Below, one piece after another: positions 9,534 through 17,928 of a stretch of 33,365 nucleotides of DNA. The stretch's first letter is position 1. Each line of letters opens with the position of its first letter. The translations under genes were made by a program, and so were the position numbers. The notes under the pieces are model-generated. The model did not search any database. It saw nothing but the letters and a program-made list of their open reading frames with translations, and was not told the DNA's origin. Origin of the DNA: a virus (Duplodnaviria; Caudoviricetes); IMG/VR virus record IMGVR_UViG_3300027769_000086, positions 1 through 33,365 of that record. One strand, 5' to 3'.

Positions 9534-10198
9534 TAGAACCTCGTTCTTGTAAAGTATGGATCATTACTTAGGATACCTCTGCGGTCTACGGCTGCTCTTG
9601 TGCCATAATCTCCCAATAGTATTGATCTATTTTTCTTGAAAATGTCCGCTGCGCGTCCACGGGCTATATGATATTGTTCTCGTACAGCAAGTCTCTTGTC
9701 TACATCCAAATCACCTTGAGTGATGAGTTGGTATTCTCTTGCTGCCGATTCCATGATACCTCGTTGCAAAGCCGAGTCAATATCGTCCCAACCATAATAA
9801 GAAGCAGCGTTACCTAGGGTAACGATAACTTCAATATCCAACTCCTTATCAAACACATCTGTCTGCTTTGTTATATTGAAAAGCACAGGTCCGCTATTTG
9901 TGGACTTTAATGTAGTTTGGATCACCTCCCCCGTCGTAGGATCAAATAGGGGTTCTACGACCTGAGCATAACAAGCATTGGACGGTAAGATAATCTTACC
10001 ATTGACATCTGGAGTGATGGTTGTAATGTATCTGTTGTTTGCAATACCTCTCATTACCATTGCCTTGATTGTTTGATTTAAAATGAACTGGGCAACACTG
10101 GTATCTACCCCAGCATCAGCCGTTAAATCAGAAATCAAGTGCTCTCCCGAGGACAACAGCATATGATTAATAGCATCAGTATAACTGTATAGTCCCAT
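9533..10198 (-). CDS. Tail tubular protein A / adaptor (T7 gp11-like)
   Basis: DAINHMLLSSGE N-terminal motif, PDVNGKIILP, AAREYQ; 221 aa; lies between capsid and gp12. Confidence 0.9.
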   Translation of the reverse strand: MGLYSYTDAINHMLLSSGEHLISDLTADAGVDTSVAQFILNQTIKAMVMRGIANNRYITTITPDVNGKIILPSNACYAQVVEPLFDPTTGEVIQTTLKSTNSGPVLFNITKQTDVFDKELDIEVIVTLGNAASYYGWDDIDSALQRGIMESAAREYQLITQGDLDVDKRLAVREQYHIARGRAADIFKKNRSILLGDYGTRAAVDRRGILSNDPYFTRTRF

Positions 10199-10383
10199 TA
10201 CTTAGTTCCTTTCTTCCCGTAGGGAACCAGCTTGTTAAGAAATTCTTGGCGTTTCTGGCAACCACAACCTTCTGTTTTTTTGAAACCAAGTTTGTTTGCC
10301 ACCTTAGCTACCGTATCGCCAAGACCTGTAGACCGTGAAGGATTCACGGTAGATGAATTTGAAATTGGATTAAATGGTTTCAT
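10198..10383 (-). CDS. Small basic protein with GLGDTVAK...CGCxKRQExLN motif (61 aa)
   Basis: Likely start ATG at 10383 with SD AAGGAG, just after the terminator. The ORF-track start at 10443 runs through the terminator. Confidence 0.75.
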   Translation of the reverse strand: MKPFNPISNSSTVNPSRSTGLGDTVAKVANKLGFKKTEGCGCQKRQEFLNKLVPYGKKGTK

Positions 10384-10396
10384 AACTCTCCTTGCG

Positions 10397-10433
10397 AAAA
10401 AAATACCTAGGGGATCTTTCGACCCCCTAGGTA
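10397..10433 (-). terminator. Rho-independent terminator after the major capsid gene (T-phi position)
   Basis: Minus strand TACCTAGGGGGTC-GAAA-GATCCCCTAGGTA-TTTTTTT: 13-bp stem with one G-U pair, GNRA loop and U7 tract. Confidence 0.93.
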
Positions 10434-10466
10434 CAAATACCAAAATGTGATTAGCTAACGCTAAGA

Positions 10467-11873
10467 TTAATTAGTCTCAAGACCCTGAATTGCGCCGCAG
10501 AGTTCTGGACGAAGAATACCAGCACCAGCCATGATGGAGCTTACAGTGAAGAATGTACCTCTACGGACATCCTTGACTGTTTCAACCTTCATACCCTGTA
10601 AACGCAATGAACATACGGCTGAGCGTTGCCAAATAAGAGCCTTAATTGGAGCAAAGTCATCGTTTAGTGTGTGAGCAGTAGAAACGCTAGCACCAGAAAT
10701 ATTGTCTTTAGTAAATGCACCAGCGTTGCTAGTTGGATCCCAGTTCTCTTGTTTGCTGGCATTCCAGTCAAAGTTATACTTTTGATCACCAAGTGATGCA
10801 AGAATACCAACCTTATCAGCAACGTTGCTAATTAAACCAGTGCTAGCAAAGGTTGGAGCACGATCAACATTGCTATTAGCACCAGACTTAACAACATAAC
10901 CTTGTAGTTGTTGTAAGTGATTGCTCTTAACAATCTTAATACCCATGTACTCAAGGCTTTCGGTAATGCCGAACATACCTTGTGTAAGTGGAGCACCAAG
11001 ACCACCAGCTTCGGCTACGCCACCGAAGAATGGACGACCAGCACCACCGACAAGGCCAGTAGCATCACGGGCAATACCAAGTGCACGGATGTCATGGAAG
11101 GCTTGTGGAGTAACGGCGCAGTATACTTCACCTAGGGTTGCGTCAATTTCAGAAAGACGAACCATATAACGCTCTAGATAATCAAGAAGAAGAAGTGCAG
11201 CATCAGTACGTTGAGTCTGATTTGAAGCACGATTTCCAAGGTGATTAAATGCGGCGTTTGGTGGAAGTGTAGCAGTACCACCAGCTGCGGCTGGACGATT
11301 CATACCAGTGTAATCAGTATTAAATGGATTACGATTTGGTAAGAATGCGGCTTGAGCAATCATGCAAGCAATTTGCTTGTCACGAATGTAGCTGAGTTGA
11401 AGACCAGCTTGACGGGCTAATTCAGCTCTGTAGTCCCATTGGGTAAGCATGAGGTGAATATCGTCAAGTTCAAAGAAAGCAGCCATTGGGCGTTGGTCGA
11501 GAGAAATGTCGAACCAACCTGGAGTTGAAATACCAGTGTTACCTAGTAGTTCTTCACCAGCTTGCCAAATGCCTTTGTGACCAACGGTTCCTGTAATTGG
11601 GAAACGCTTGGTTGTACCTGATTCAATGGTTTCAGTAGTAACCATTGGCTCAAACATGTTGTATTGATCATAAGCATTGATTACTTCACCTGACCAAATA
11701 GGAAGCCAGTATGATGGATCAGTAGCGCCTGAAACCGAAGGAATGCTATTTCCGCTAGCAGCTTGACCACCTTTAGGCCAGCCACCATGACCATCCATAT
11801 TTCCAGCATTGCCTACGTTAATAGTAGGATAACCTGAATCAATTGGGAATAAATTATTAATGTTCTCTGGCAT
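10467..11873 (-). CDS. Major capsid protein (T7 gp10-like)
   Basis: WLPIWSGEVINAY, ETIESGTTKRFPITG, DYRAELARQAGLQL and C-terminal GAGILRPELCG match gp10-type capsids. Follows the scaffold gene and has a strong SD. Confidence 0.95.
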   Translation of the reverse strand: MPENINNLFPIDSGYPTINVGNAGNMDGHGGWPKGGQAASGNSIPSVSGATDPSYWLPIWSGEVINAYDQYNMFEPMVTTETIESGTTKRFPITGTVGHKGIWQAGEELLGNTGISTPGWFDISLDQRPMAAFFELDDIHLMLTQWDYRAELARQAGLQLSYIRDKQIACMIAQAAFLPNRNPFNTDYTGMNRPAAAGGTATLPPNAAFNHLGNRASNQTQRTDAALLLLDYLERYMVRLSEIDATLGEVYCAVTPQAFHDIRALGIARDATGLVGGAGRPFFGGVAEAGGLGAPLTQGMFGITESLEYMGIKIVKSNHLQQLQGYVVKSGANSNVDRAPTFASTGLISNVADKVGILASLGDQKYNFDWNASKQENWDPTSNAGAFTKDNISGASVSTAHTLNDDFAPIKALIWQRSAVCSLRLQGMKVETVKDVRRGTFFTVSSIMAGAGILRPELCGAIQGLETN

Positions 11874-11877
11874 GTTT

Positions 11878-11995
11878 GTTTCTCCTTATATAGAAACTCT
11901 CTATTTATTTTAAACTTTAAACGAAGGAGAAACCTTTAATTGTTCCGTGTCCTAGTAAGAAATATAAATAAAATTTTCTTACAGGATTATACGGA
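11878..11995 (-). promoter_or_regulatory. Structured 5' leader of the capsid gene (long hairpin plus anti-SD/SD helix)
   Basis: Hairpin 11944-11995 (TCCGT/ACGGA, TCCT/AGGA, GTAAGAAA/TTTCTTAC) and a perfect 10-bp inverted repeat, 11878-11887 with 11924-11933, that covers the SD. Confidence 0.55.
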
Positions 11996-11996
11996 G

Positions 11997-12926
11997 TTAA
12001 CGATTTCTATAACCATACTTTGATGTATTAACAACCAATGCTTCTACTGCTTGGCGATATTTTGCATCTAAACGAAATCTTGGATCTCGTAAAGCAGCTT
12101 GTTGTTCAGCTTGGTTTTTAAACACCTGTACGGATTGTGGAACCTGTGAGGGGTTGACCCGATTATCCATTGGCTTGGGTTCCTGTGAAGGGGCCTTTGG
12201 TGGGTTTTGTTGCTCAAAGCGTGCCCTGAGTCCTAGGAGGACATTCTTATAGGCATTAGTCTGGAGAGCACGATTAGTTGCTGCAACCTCTTCAGCTGTT
12301 AGATTATCCTGGGCCCATTTAAACATGCGCTTAAGGTTGTCATTGCCTCCGACAACCGACGCAGCATCGTCCCAAGATTGCTTAGCTAAAGCCTTGCGGC
12401 CCTTAATCATCTGCTCAATGATTACCTCATCAGCACCCATCTTTGCTTGGATCTCTTTGCGAGTAGCCGCACTTACGGCACCCGTTGAGTCAATTTCCTT
12501 GCCCCAACGAAGCCAATCTTCTGCGCTAACCCGAGCCGTAGATCCAGGCTGAGGAGTAGGTGGTGGTGTAATCTTGAGATCTTCAGGGATACCTGATAGA
12601 TCCTCGACTGGCTCAGGCTTGGCCTGAGCAACTGGCGGTGAGTCCTGATAATTAGGATTGGTCACGCCGTTTTGATTGTATTGCTTCTTTAAGGAAGCGA
12701 TTTCCTGTCTTGCCTGAGTGAATCCCTTACGAGCTTCTACTAGGCTATTGAACCAATCATCAGCTGATTTGAAGTTACTTGGGATCTTTTGTCCCTGGTC
12801 CTGAACGTACTTCATGAACATTGCACGCTCATGGACTGTTTGTGGATCTTCAGTTTGAACTGGTGTGGCTAGTTGTGGCTGAGTCTCGACAGGCTGAGAT
12901 TGTTCAGCATTATTAATTTCTGGCAT
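11997..12926 (-). CDS. Capsid assembly scaffolding protein (T7 gp9-like)
   Basis: VVGGNDNLKRMFKWAQDNLT and C-terminal FKNQAEQQAALRDPRFRLDAKYRQAVE are gp9 hallmarks; directly upstream of MCP. Confidence 0.92.
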   Translation of the reverse strand: MPEINNAEQSQPVETQPQLATPVQTEDPQTVHERAMFMKYVQDQGQKIPSNFKSADDWFNSLVEARKGFTQARQEIASLKKQYNQNGVTNPNYQDSPPVAQAKPEPVEDLSGIPEDLKITPPPTPQPGSTARVSAEDWLRWGKEIDSTGAVSAATRKEIQAKMGADEVIIEQMIKGRKALAKQSWDDAASVVGGNDNLKRMFKWAQDNLTAEEVAATNRALQTNAYKNVLLGLRARFEQQNPPKAPSQEPKPMDNRVNPSQVPQSVQVFKNQAEQQAALRDPRFRLDAKYRQAVEALVVNTSKYGYRNR

Positions 12927-12953
12927 TTAAATATCTCTCCTTTAGATTGTTCG

Positions 12954-13070
12954 TTACTTAGAACGAGTCTTAGGTTTCTTAGGTTGAATTGGTTTTTTAG
13001 AATCTGGTTTAGGACCAGTACGAGTCTTTACATATTCCATGTCTGTCTTGCAAGGTTTACCCATTTTCAT
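12954..13070 (-). CDS. Lys/Pro-rich microprotein, 38 aa: MKMGKPCKTDMEYVKTRTGPKPDSKKPIQPKKPKTRSK
   Basis: Translated by hand. ATGA overlap with the stop of the upstream ORF; fills the gap before the scaffold SD. Confidence 0.65.
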   Translation of the reverse strand: MKMGKPCKTDMEYVKTRTGPKPDSKKPIQPKKPKTRSK

Positions 13071-13249
13071 TTCTTCTTCATCTTCTTTCCTGGGTCTTTT
13101 TTCTTAGCTGCTCTTTTCTTTTTCTTTGGCATTGGCTTTTCTTCTGGCATTGGCATCTGGGCACCTAGACCCATTTGTGATTCCATCATACCAGGACCAT
13201 AGCCAGTTGGCATACCCATTCCCATACCCGTCATTGGCATTCTAGACAT
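13067..13249 (-). CDS. Met/Gly-rich, Lys-tailed small protein (60 aa)
   Basis: ORF track; SD GAGG; tightly packed with its neighbours. Confidence 0.75.
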   Translation of the reverse strand: MSRMPMTGMGMGMPTGYGPGMMESQMGLGAQMPMPEEKPMPKKKKRAAKKKDPGKKMKKK

Positions 13250-13256
13250 GCTTACC

Positions 13257-13649
13257 TCACTTTTTTAATTTATAAAATATAACACGACCGGATTTATGAA
13301 TGTTTGATTCAACAGCAGATAATGTTCCGCTAGTTGAATCAACCTGACCACCCTCAAGATAGTCTAAAAGACCACCATTAGTATTGGTTGATGTTGTAAC
13401 AAGGGTATACGTTGTTGCTGCTGGAGTATTAGCAGCGGATATAAGTATTGTTGAAGCTCCTGCTGAATTTAATACAGTAATTGCACCAAGGTCTTTAGGG
13501 GTTGTATTAAGTAACTGAGCAAGTTTAGTTGTAGAAGTATCAGATAAACCAGTACTGCAAAGAAGACGACCGGTTTTAGTTACATCTGTAGTGTCGATAT
13601 AAACTTGATACGCTAAAGCATAAGCTTGTTGAATTGTAATTGCTGGCAT
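13257..13649 (-). CDS. Hypothetical Thr-rich protein (130 aa), probably structural
   Basis: ORF track; SD AAAGGA; composition typical of beta-rich virion proteins. Confidence 0.7.
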   Translation of the reverse strand: MPAITIQQAYALAYQVYIDTTDVTKTGRLLCSTGLSDTSTTKLAQLLNTTPKDLGAITVLNSAGASTILISAANTPAATTYTLVTTSTNTNGGLLDYLEGGQVDSTSGTLSAVESNIHKSGRVIFYKLKK

Positions 13650-13660
13650 AGTTTATTCCT

Positions 13661-16600
13661 TTATTGTAGTATTTTTGTTTTAAATTTTGATAGAACACGT
13701 TTAGCTTGGATGTTATTAGCATCACATTGTAAATCGTATTCAAAGAGATATGGCTCAATATCAACTGGATCTAAAGATACAGTTACTAAATTTAAATCAG
13801 CACCGCTTACTGGATCCAGTGTATAGTTTAGTTGACGGGAATAACTTAGTACCCACGGTGGAACAAAATAACTTGCTGAAACTTCAGCTGCAATATAATC
13901 CATTAAAAGAGAACCTAAAGCCAGTGCTCCTTGTTGTGAGTAATAACGATAAGTTAAGATATCATCTGTAGTATCATACCAAGTTGCTTCATATCCAGTA
14001 ATATTATTTAACATGTTTGTAATGCTAGTAATATTTCCCATATTAATGTAAACAGAATTTTTAGCAGCATTATTTACAGTGTTAGGAGCAATGTTAAAAC
14101 TAAGGGCTTGAGCTGGAGATGATGGAGTATACAATCCACCTCGATACGTTAAGTTGTTTTGTACAAAAATCTCAGAAGCTCTATTAAAAGTTCCTCTTGC
14201 ATTTTTATCTCCAATAAAAGTATTTTCCTCTAATTCTGTATTTAATGTTACTCCATTAGCTGTACCTTTAGATGCTATATCAGTTCGTGTGACTTTAGTT
14301 GGAGTGTAGAAACAAACTACAATTTGTTCTCTTGTAAATCCACTAACAATAGCGGCATTTATAATAGGTGTTAGTGCATCAAAACCAAAATTACTACCTG
14401 TTCTTCCGGTGGATTGAGCACCTATTTCTGCTAATTCATCTGCATAATAGCTCCATGTATTGAATCCATTATAAGAAAAATTTGGATTGGCTAGTTCCCA
14501 AATGCCGGTTTCAATCATAATAACTAATTTTGGAGTAACAGATGCAACAGCATTAAACAAAGAACTACTTGTTTGTCGTTCATATATTGCTTTAAAAAAT
14601 TCCGCATATAAACCAGCTCTATTTCCAGAGACATAACCAGCATCGTTTTGATAAGCAGCATCGCCAGAGCGATAGGCATAGGTTGTGTCTAACTTACTAA
14701 AGGCAATTCCATGTTGGTTATTTGCATCAATACCAAAATGAGTTGTAAGTAACATATCTCCCTGCGTAGGGGCTTGATCCGGTAAAGTTACATCTCGTCC
14801 TAAAAAACCTAAATGAAATTCTTTAACATCCCAGTTAGCATTAACAGCACTCCAATTCACATTAAGAATATTGTTTTTTCTTTGAATTGTTCGTCTTTGG
14901 GTATTTGGAACAACTGGATTTGTGTTTGTTATAAGAGAAGGAGTAAGGTCAGTATATGCATTAGCGGTAACTGTTTTATACGCAGCAGTTAGTCTCATTC
15001 CACTAGTTGAACTTATGTTATCTCCAGAATACTTATCTATTGTATAGGAATTTACACAATATTTAAAATTATTTGATTTAAATATACCTAAAGAAGCATC
15101 TTTTTCAGCATTGGTTAAGAAGCCACTATTAGCTGCATTTTGCAATGAACCATCAGTAGTAATAGATGTAAAAAACTTTCCTAAGTTTGGTTTAATAACA
15201 ATTCCACGAAGTCTATATTTAGTATATCCAGTGTTTGTTAGTTTAGATGTATCTGATGATGATAATCTAAAAAATCCACAAGGTGCAATAGTAGAAAGAC
15301 TTTTTGGAAATCCTAATAACTGAGATCCACTTGGGCCATCAATCGTTACTGAAGATTGGGCTATACTAAAATCAATTAAATCCCATGCATTTGTCGATAA
15401 AAATGTTGGACGATTGCCCCATTGAAACAAATAAGGCAAACCTACTTGCCAACTAGAAACACTTGGATCTGTTGTCGTAGCTAGTCCAAATTTCTTATCT
15501 ACCACATTTGTTATAAAAGTATTTGCTCCTGTAAGTGGAGCTAAAGTCATAGGATTTGCCCATGATGACCTAAAAACAACATATGAACCAACTCTAAATC
15601 CATCTACATTTTTCCAAGCAGTATAACTAGTAATTGCACTATTATTCGCTGCAATGCTTAAACTTCTAATAGTAATTATTTCATTTACTGTTAAAAGTCT
15701 AGCTAGAATTGTTTTAGAACCAAAACGAGAAGCCAGTGCTGTATCATATTCTTGTGTTGCTGGTGTTCCGGTAGCTTTAGTAGCCCATTGCTGTTCATTA
15801 ACTACTAAAGCATTGCTACTAAGCCGAAAAGCAAAGACATTACCGCCGGAACTTCTATAATAAACTTCTTGAAGTTTTCCTGCTGCAAGTAAAGCTTTAG
15901 CAGCATTAATATCCATTCCAACCGTTAAACCAGCAGGAACATATCCGTATGTAGTTGCATCTGGAAATATTTCTTCAATTGTATTAGTAGTAGGATTAAC
16001 ATAAGCAATTCCAATAGTAAATATAGCATCTTGATTAATGTACCAGGAATTTTCTCTATCCCAGTATCTTTGCGGTTGTTCTGGAGTAGCTGTAAATGTT
16101 GATTTAAAAGTTTCAGTAGAACTTAATGCTTCATCCCTAACAGCATTTGAGTAAGAACTTTGAAGACCATCGGAAAGTAAATGTAAAAATTTTAATCCTT
16201 TTGAAGAAGCAGTAACTGATGGGTTATTTGGATCCTGTGCTGCATAAAACCATAGACTTGAATTAGGTAAGGTAATTAATCCACCTGTATCAAACGCATC
16301 AAAGTATGGATAAGTAAGAGAATTATCTCCAGATATGGGATAAAATCCAGTATTAGAATTAGCAGTAGTTCCAGTAGAAACTAAATTTTGAATATAATAG
16401 TAGTAACTATCGTATACAGTACTACAACCTGTTAAAAATCCTCCAACACCAGTAGTATTGGCAGTAAACCAAGTACCAGAATTCCATCTATCAAAGTTAG
16501 GAATTTTATTACAAGTATATGCAAATTGAACACCAGTAGCATATAATGGGCGCGGAGTTCTTGTTGCTGATCCTTTAATAATTGCCTTGGCAATCCCGTC

Positions 16601-16813
16601 AACTAATCCACCTGTATAGTGGTATGCATCTGGATTTGCTGCATGTGTATCTTGTGTTGGTTCATATCCACTAACAGCAGAACACAGAAAAACAACATCA
16701 GTTCTACCAGAAGTTCCATCAAACAAAAATTCTTTTAATTTTTCATATGTATTTTTCTTATCTGGATACACGTAACCAGAACATAAAACTCCACTAGGTC
16801 TTGTAAAAGGCAT
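13661..16813 (-). CDS. Large hypothetical protein (1050 aa), possibly a virion appendage with a degenerate SGNH-like fold
   Basis: Long AT-rich ORF with SD AAGGAG; T/S/N/G-rich. The function is inferred only. Confidence 0.7.
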   Translation of the reverse strand: MPFTRPSGVLCSGYVYPDKKNTYEKLKEFLFDGTSGRTDVVFLCSAVSGYEPTQDTHAANPDAYHYTGGLVDGIAKAIIKGSATRTPRPLYATGVQFAYTCNKIPNFDRWNSGTWFTANTTGVGGFLTGCSTVYDSYYYYIQNLVSTGTTANSNTGFYPISGDNSLTYPYFDAFDTGGLITLPNSSLWFYAAQDPNNPSVTASSKGLKFLHLLSDGLQSSYSNAVRDEALSSTETFKSTFTATPEQPQRYWDRENSWYINQDAIFTIGIAYVNPTTNTIEEIFPDATTYGYVPAGLTVGMDINAAKALLAAGKLQEVYYRSSGGNVFAFRLSSNALVVNEQQWATKATGTPATQEYDTALASRFGSKTILARLLTVNEIITIRSLSIAANNSAITSYTAWKNVDGFRVGSYVVFRSSWANPMTLAPLTGANTFITNVVDKKFGLATTTDPSVSSWQVGLPYLFQWGNRPTFLSTNAWDLIDFSIAQSSVTIDGPSGSQLLGFPKSLSTIAPCGFFRLSSSDTSKLTNTGYTKYRLRGIVIKPNLGKFFTSITTDGSLQNAANSGFLTNAEKDASLGIFKSNNFKYCVNSYTIDKYSGDNISSTSGMRLTAAYKTVTANAYTDLTPSLITNTNPVVPNTQRRTIQRKNNILNVNWSAVNANWDVKEFHLGFLGRDVTLPDQAPTQGDMLLTTHFGIDANNQHGIAFSKLDTTYAYRSGDAAYQNDAGYVSGNRAGLYAEFFKAIYERQTSSSLFNAVASVTPKLVIMIETGIWELANPNFSYNGFNTWSYYADELAEIGAQSTGRTGSNFGFDALTPIINAAIVSGFTREQIVVCFYTPTKVTRTDIASKGTANGVTLNTELEENTFIGDKNARGTFNRASEIFVQNNLTYRGGLYTPSSPAQALSFNIAPNTVNNAAKNSVYINMGNITSITNMLNNITGYEATWYDTTDDILTYRYYSQQGALALGSLLMDYIAAEVSASYFVPPWVLSYSRQLNYTLDPVSGADLNLVTVSLDPVDIEPYLFEYDLQCDANNIQAKRVLSKFKTKILQ

Positions 16814-16837
16814 TAGATAAGCTCCTTAGTTTAATAT

Positions 16838-16909
16838 TTATTTTTTACCTCCACATCCACATGACATCTTGGGTTTCTTCTTAGAAGACATTTTCTTTTT
16901 CTTTGCCAT
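16838..16909 (-). CDS. Lys-rich microprotein, 23 aa: MAKKKKMSSKKKPKMSCGCGGKK
   Basis: Translated by hand; SD AAAGGA directly upstream of ATG 16909; TAA at 16838. Confidence 0.65.
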   Translation of the reverse strand: MAKKKKMSSKKKPKMSCGCGGKK

Positions 16910-16943
16910 TATTCCTTTCCTTTCTTCTTGGATACCCAAGATT

Positions 16944-16978
16944 AAAAAACTAGGGACGGTTGTTAAACCATCCCCAGT
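16944..16978 (-). terminator. Rho-independent terminator inside the microprotein cluster
   Basis: Minus strand ACTGGGGATGGTT-TAAC-AACCGTCCCTAGT-TTTTT: 13-bp stem with two G-U pairs plus a U tract, 3 nt after a stop codon. Confidence 0.85.
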
Positions 16979-16981
16979 GTA

Positions 16982-17047
16982 TTAGCACTTCTTGCCAGAC
17001 TTTGGCATTTTCTTGCCGCCAGCTTTCTTAGTTGGTTTCTTCTTCAT
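16982..17047 (-). CDS. Lys-rich microprotein, 21 aa: MKKKPTKKAGGKKMPKSGKKC
   Basis: Translated by hand; consensus SD AGGAGG 8 nt upstream of the ATG; followed by a terminator. Confidence 0.72.
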   Translation of the reverse strand: MKKKPTKKAGGKKMPKSGKKC

Positions 17048-17089
17048 AGTCGTATCCTCCTGTCCGAATCAATGATTCTAACTCCTAGG

Positions 17090-17263
17090 TTATTTGTTGA
17101 AACCCTTAAGGGTCTTGGCTAGGTTGCATTGACGTTTGGTTTGGGTAGTTAGTTTACCACCCTTGCAATATGAAGATATAGATTTACCAGCAGCCTTGGC
17201 TTTTTTAGTCAATGCTCCCGGTCTTTTAATAGCACCCTTAATCCAATTTTTCTTACTTGTCAT
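17090..17263 (-). CDS. Small basic protein, 57 aa: MTSKKNWIKGAIKRPGALTKKAKAAGKSISSYCKGGKLTTQTKRQCNLAKTLKGFNK
   Basis: Translated by hand; SD AAGGA. The WIxxAIKxPGAL...LAxTL pattern resembles a small basic protein type I recall from environmental phages (not checked). Confidence 0.78.
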   Translation of the reverse strand: MTSKKNWIKGAIKRPGALTKKAKAAGKSISSYCKGGKLTTQTKRQCNLAKTLKGFNK

Positions 17264-17273
17264 GATAATTTCC

Positions 17274-17927
17274 TTACGGTGGAGCCATTTCTGAAACTAT
17301 ACTAACAATAAAAGAATCTAGTATAGTATTTGAATCTGTAACATTCTTTACTGTAACTGTTGCAGAGGCATCAACTATACCAAAAGCATAAGCATAAAAT
17401 GTAACCAAAGCATTATTATTGACAACTACAGTTTGTCCACTGGTTGTTAGTGTAGTTTCTTGTCCTGAAACTCCAATTATTAGTGTAGTTTGATCTGATG
17501 CATTAAACGCTCCTAGTGGATTCCAAGTTATTTCTAGTGTAATTGGGGCACCAATGCCAGTAATAGTTTGAGTATTTGTACTTCCATCAACAATACCAAT
17601 AATATTCGTCCAATTAACAGGATTTGGAGTTACACCAACTAATGGTATTACAGGGAATCCATATTTTTTGAATTTAATATTATCAATTCTTGTATTTGGA
17701 TTAAAACAACCGGACTTAATTAAACAACCTTTGACAAGTTCTTTGGCTTTGTTAAAAGCATTTGCTTCTGTAGTATCTGAAAACTTACCACCATATACAT
17801 GTTTGTTAAATACAACGGTAACAGTATGGGTAGTATTATTAAGTTCGTCTGTTTCACTTGTATAATAATACTCTACAAAGTCCACACCTTTAATTGGAAT
17901 ATTAGCAGCAATTCCCTTTATAGCCAT
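17274..17927 (-). CDS. Hypothetical protein (217 aa) with a beta-rich, possibly Ig-like C-terminal half
   Basis: ORF track; starts 1 nt after the upstream stop; T/V/I-rich alternating pattern. Confidence 0.7.
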   Translation of the reverse strand: MAIKGIAANIPIKGVDFVEYYYTSETDELNNTTHTVTVVFNKHVYGGKFSDTTEANAFNKAKELVKGCLIKSGCFNPNTRIDNIKFKKYGFPVIPLVGVTPNPVNWTNIIGIVDGSTNTQTITGIGAPITLEITWNPLGAFNASDQTTLIIGVSGQETTLTTSGQTVVVNNNALVTFYAYAFGIVDASATVTVKNVTDSNTILDSFIVSIVSEMAPP

Positions 17928-17928
17928 A

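Noticed and set aside
10384-10443. N-terminal extension of the post-capsid ORF, or a T7 gp10B-like frameshift extension
   Set aside because: The extension crosses the terminator and a good SD precedes ATG 10383. No slippery heptamer is visible at the capsid 3' end.
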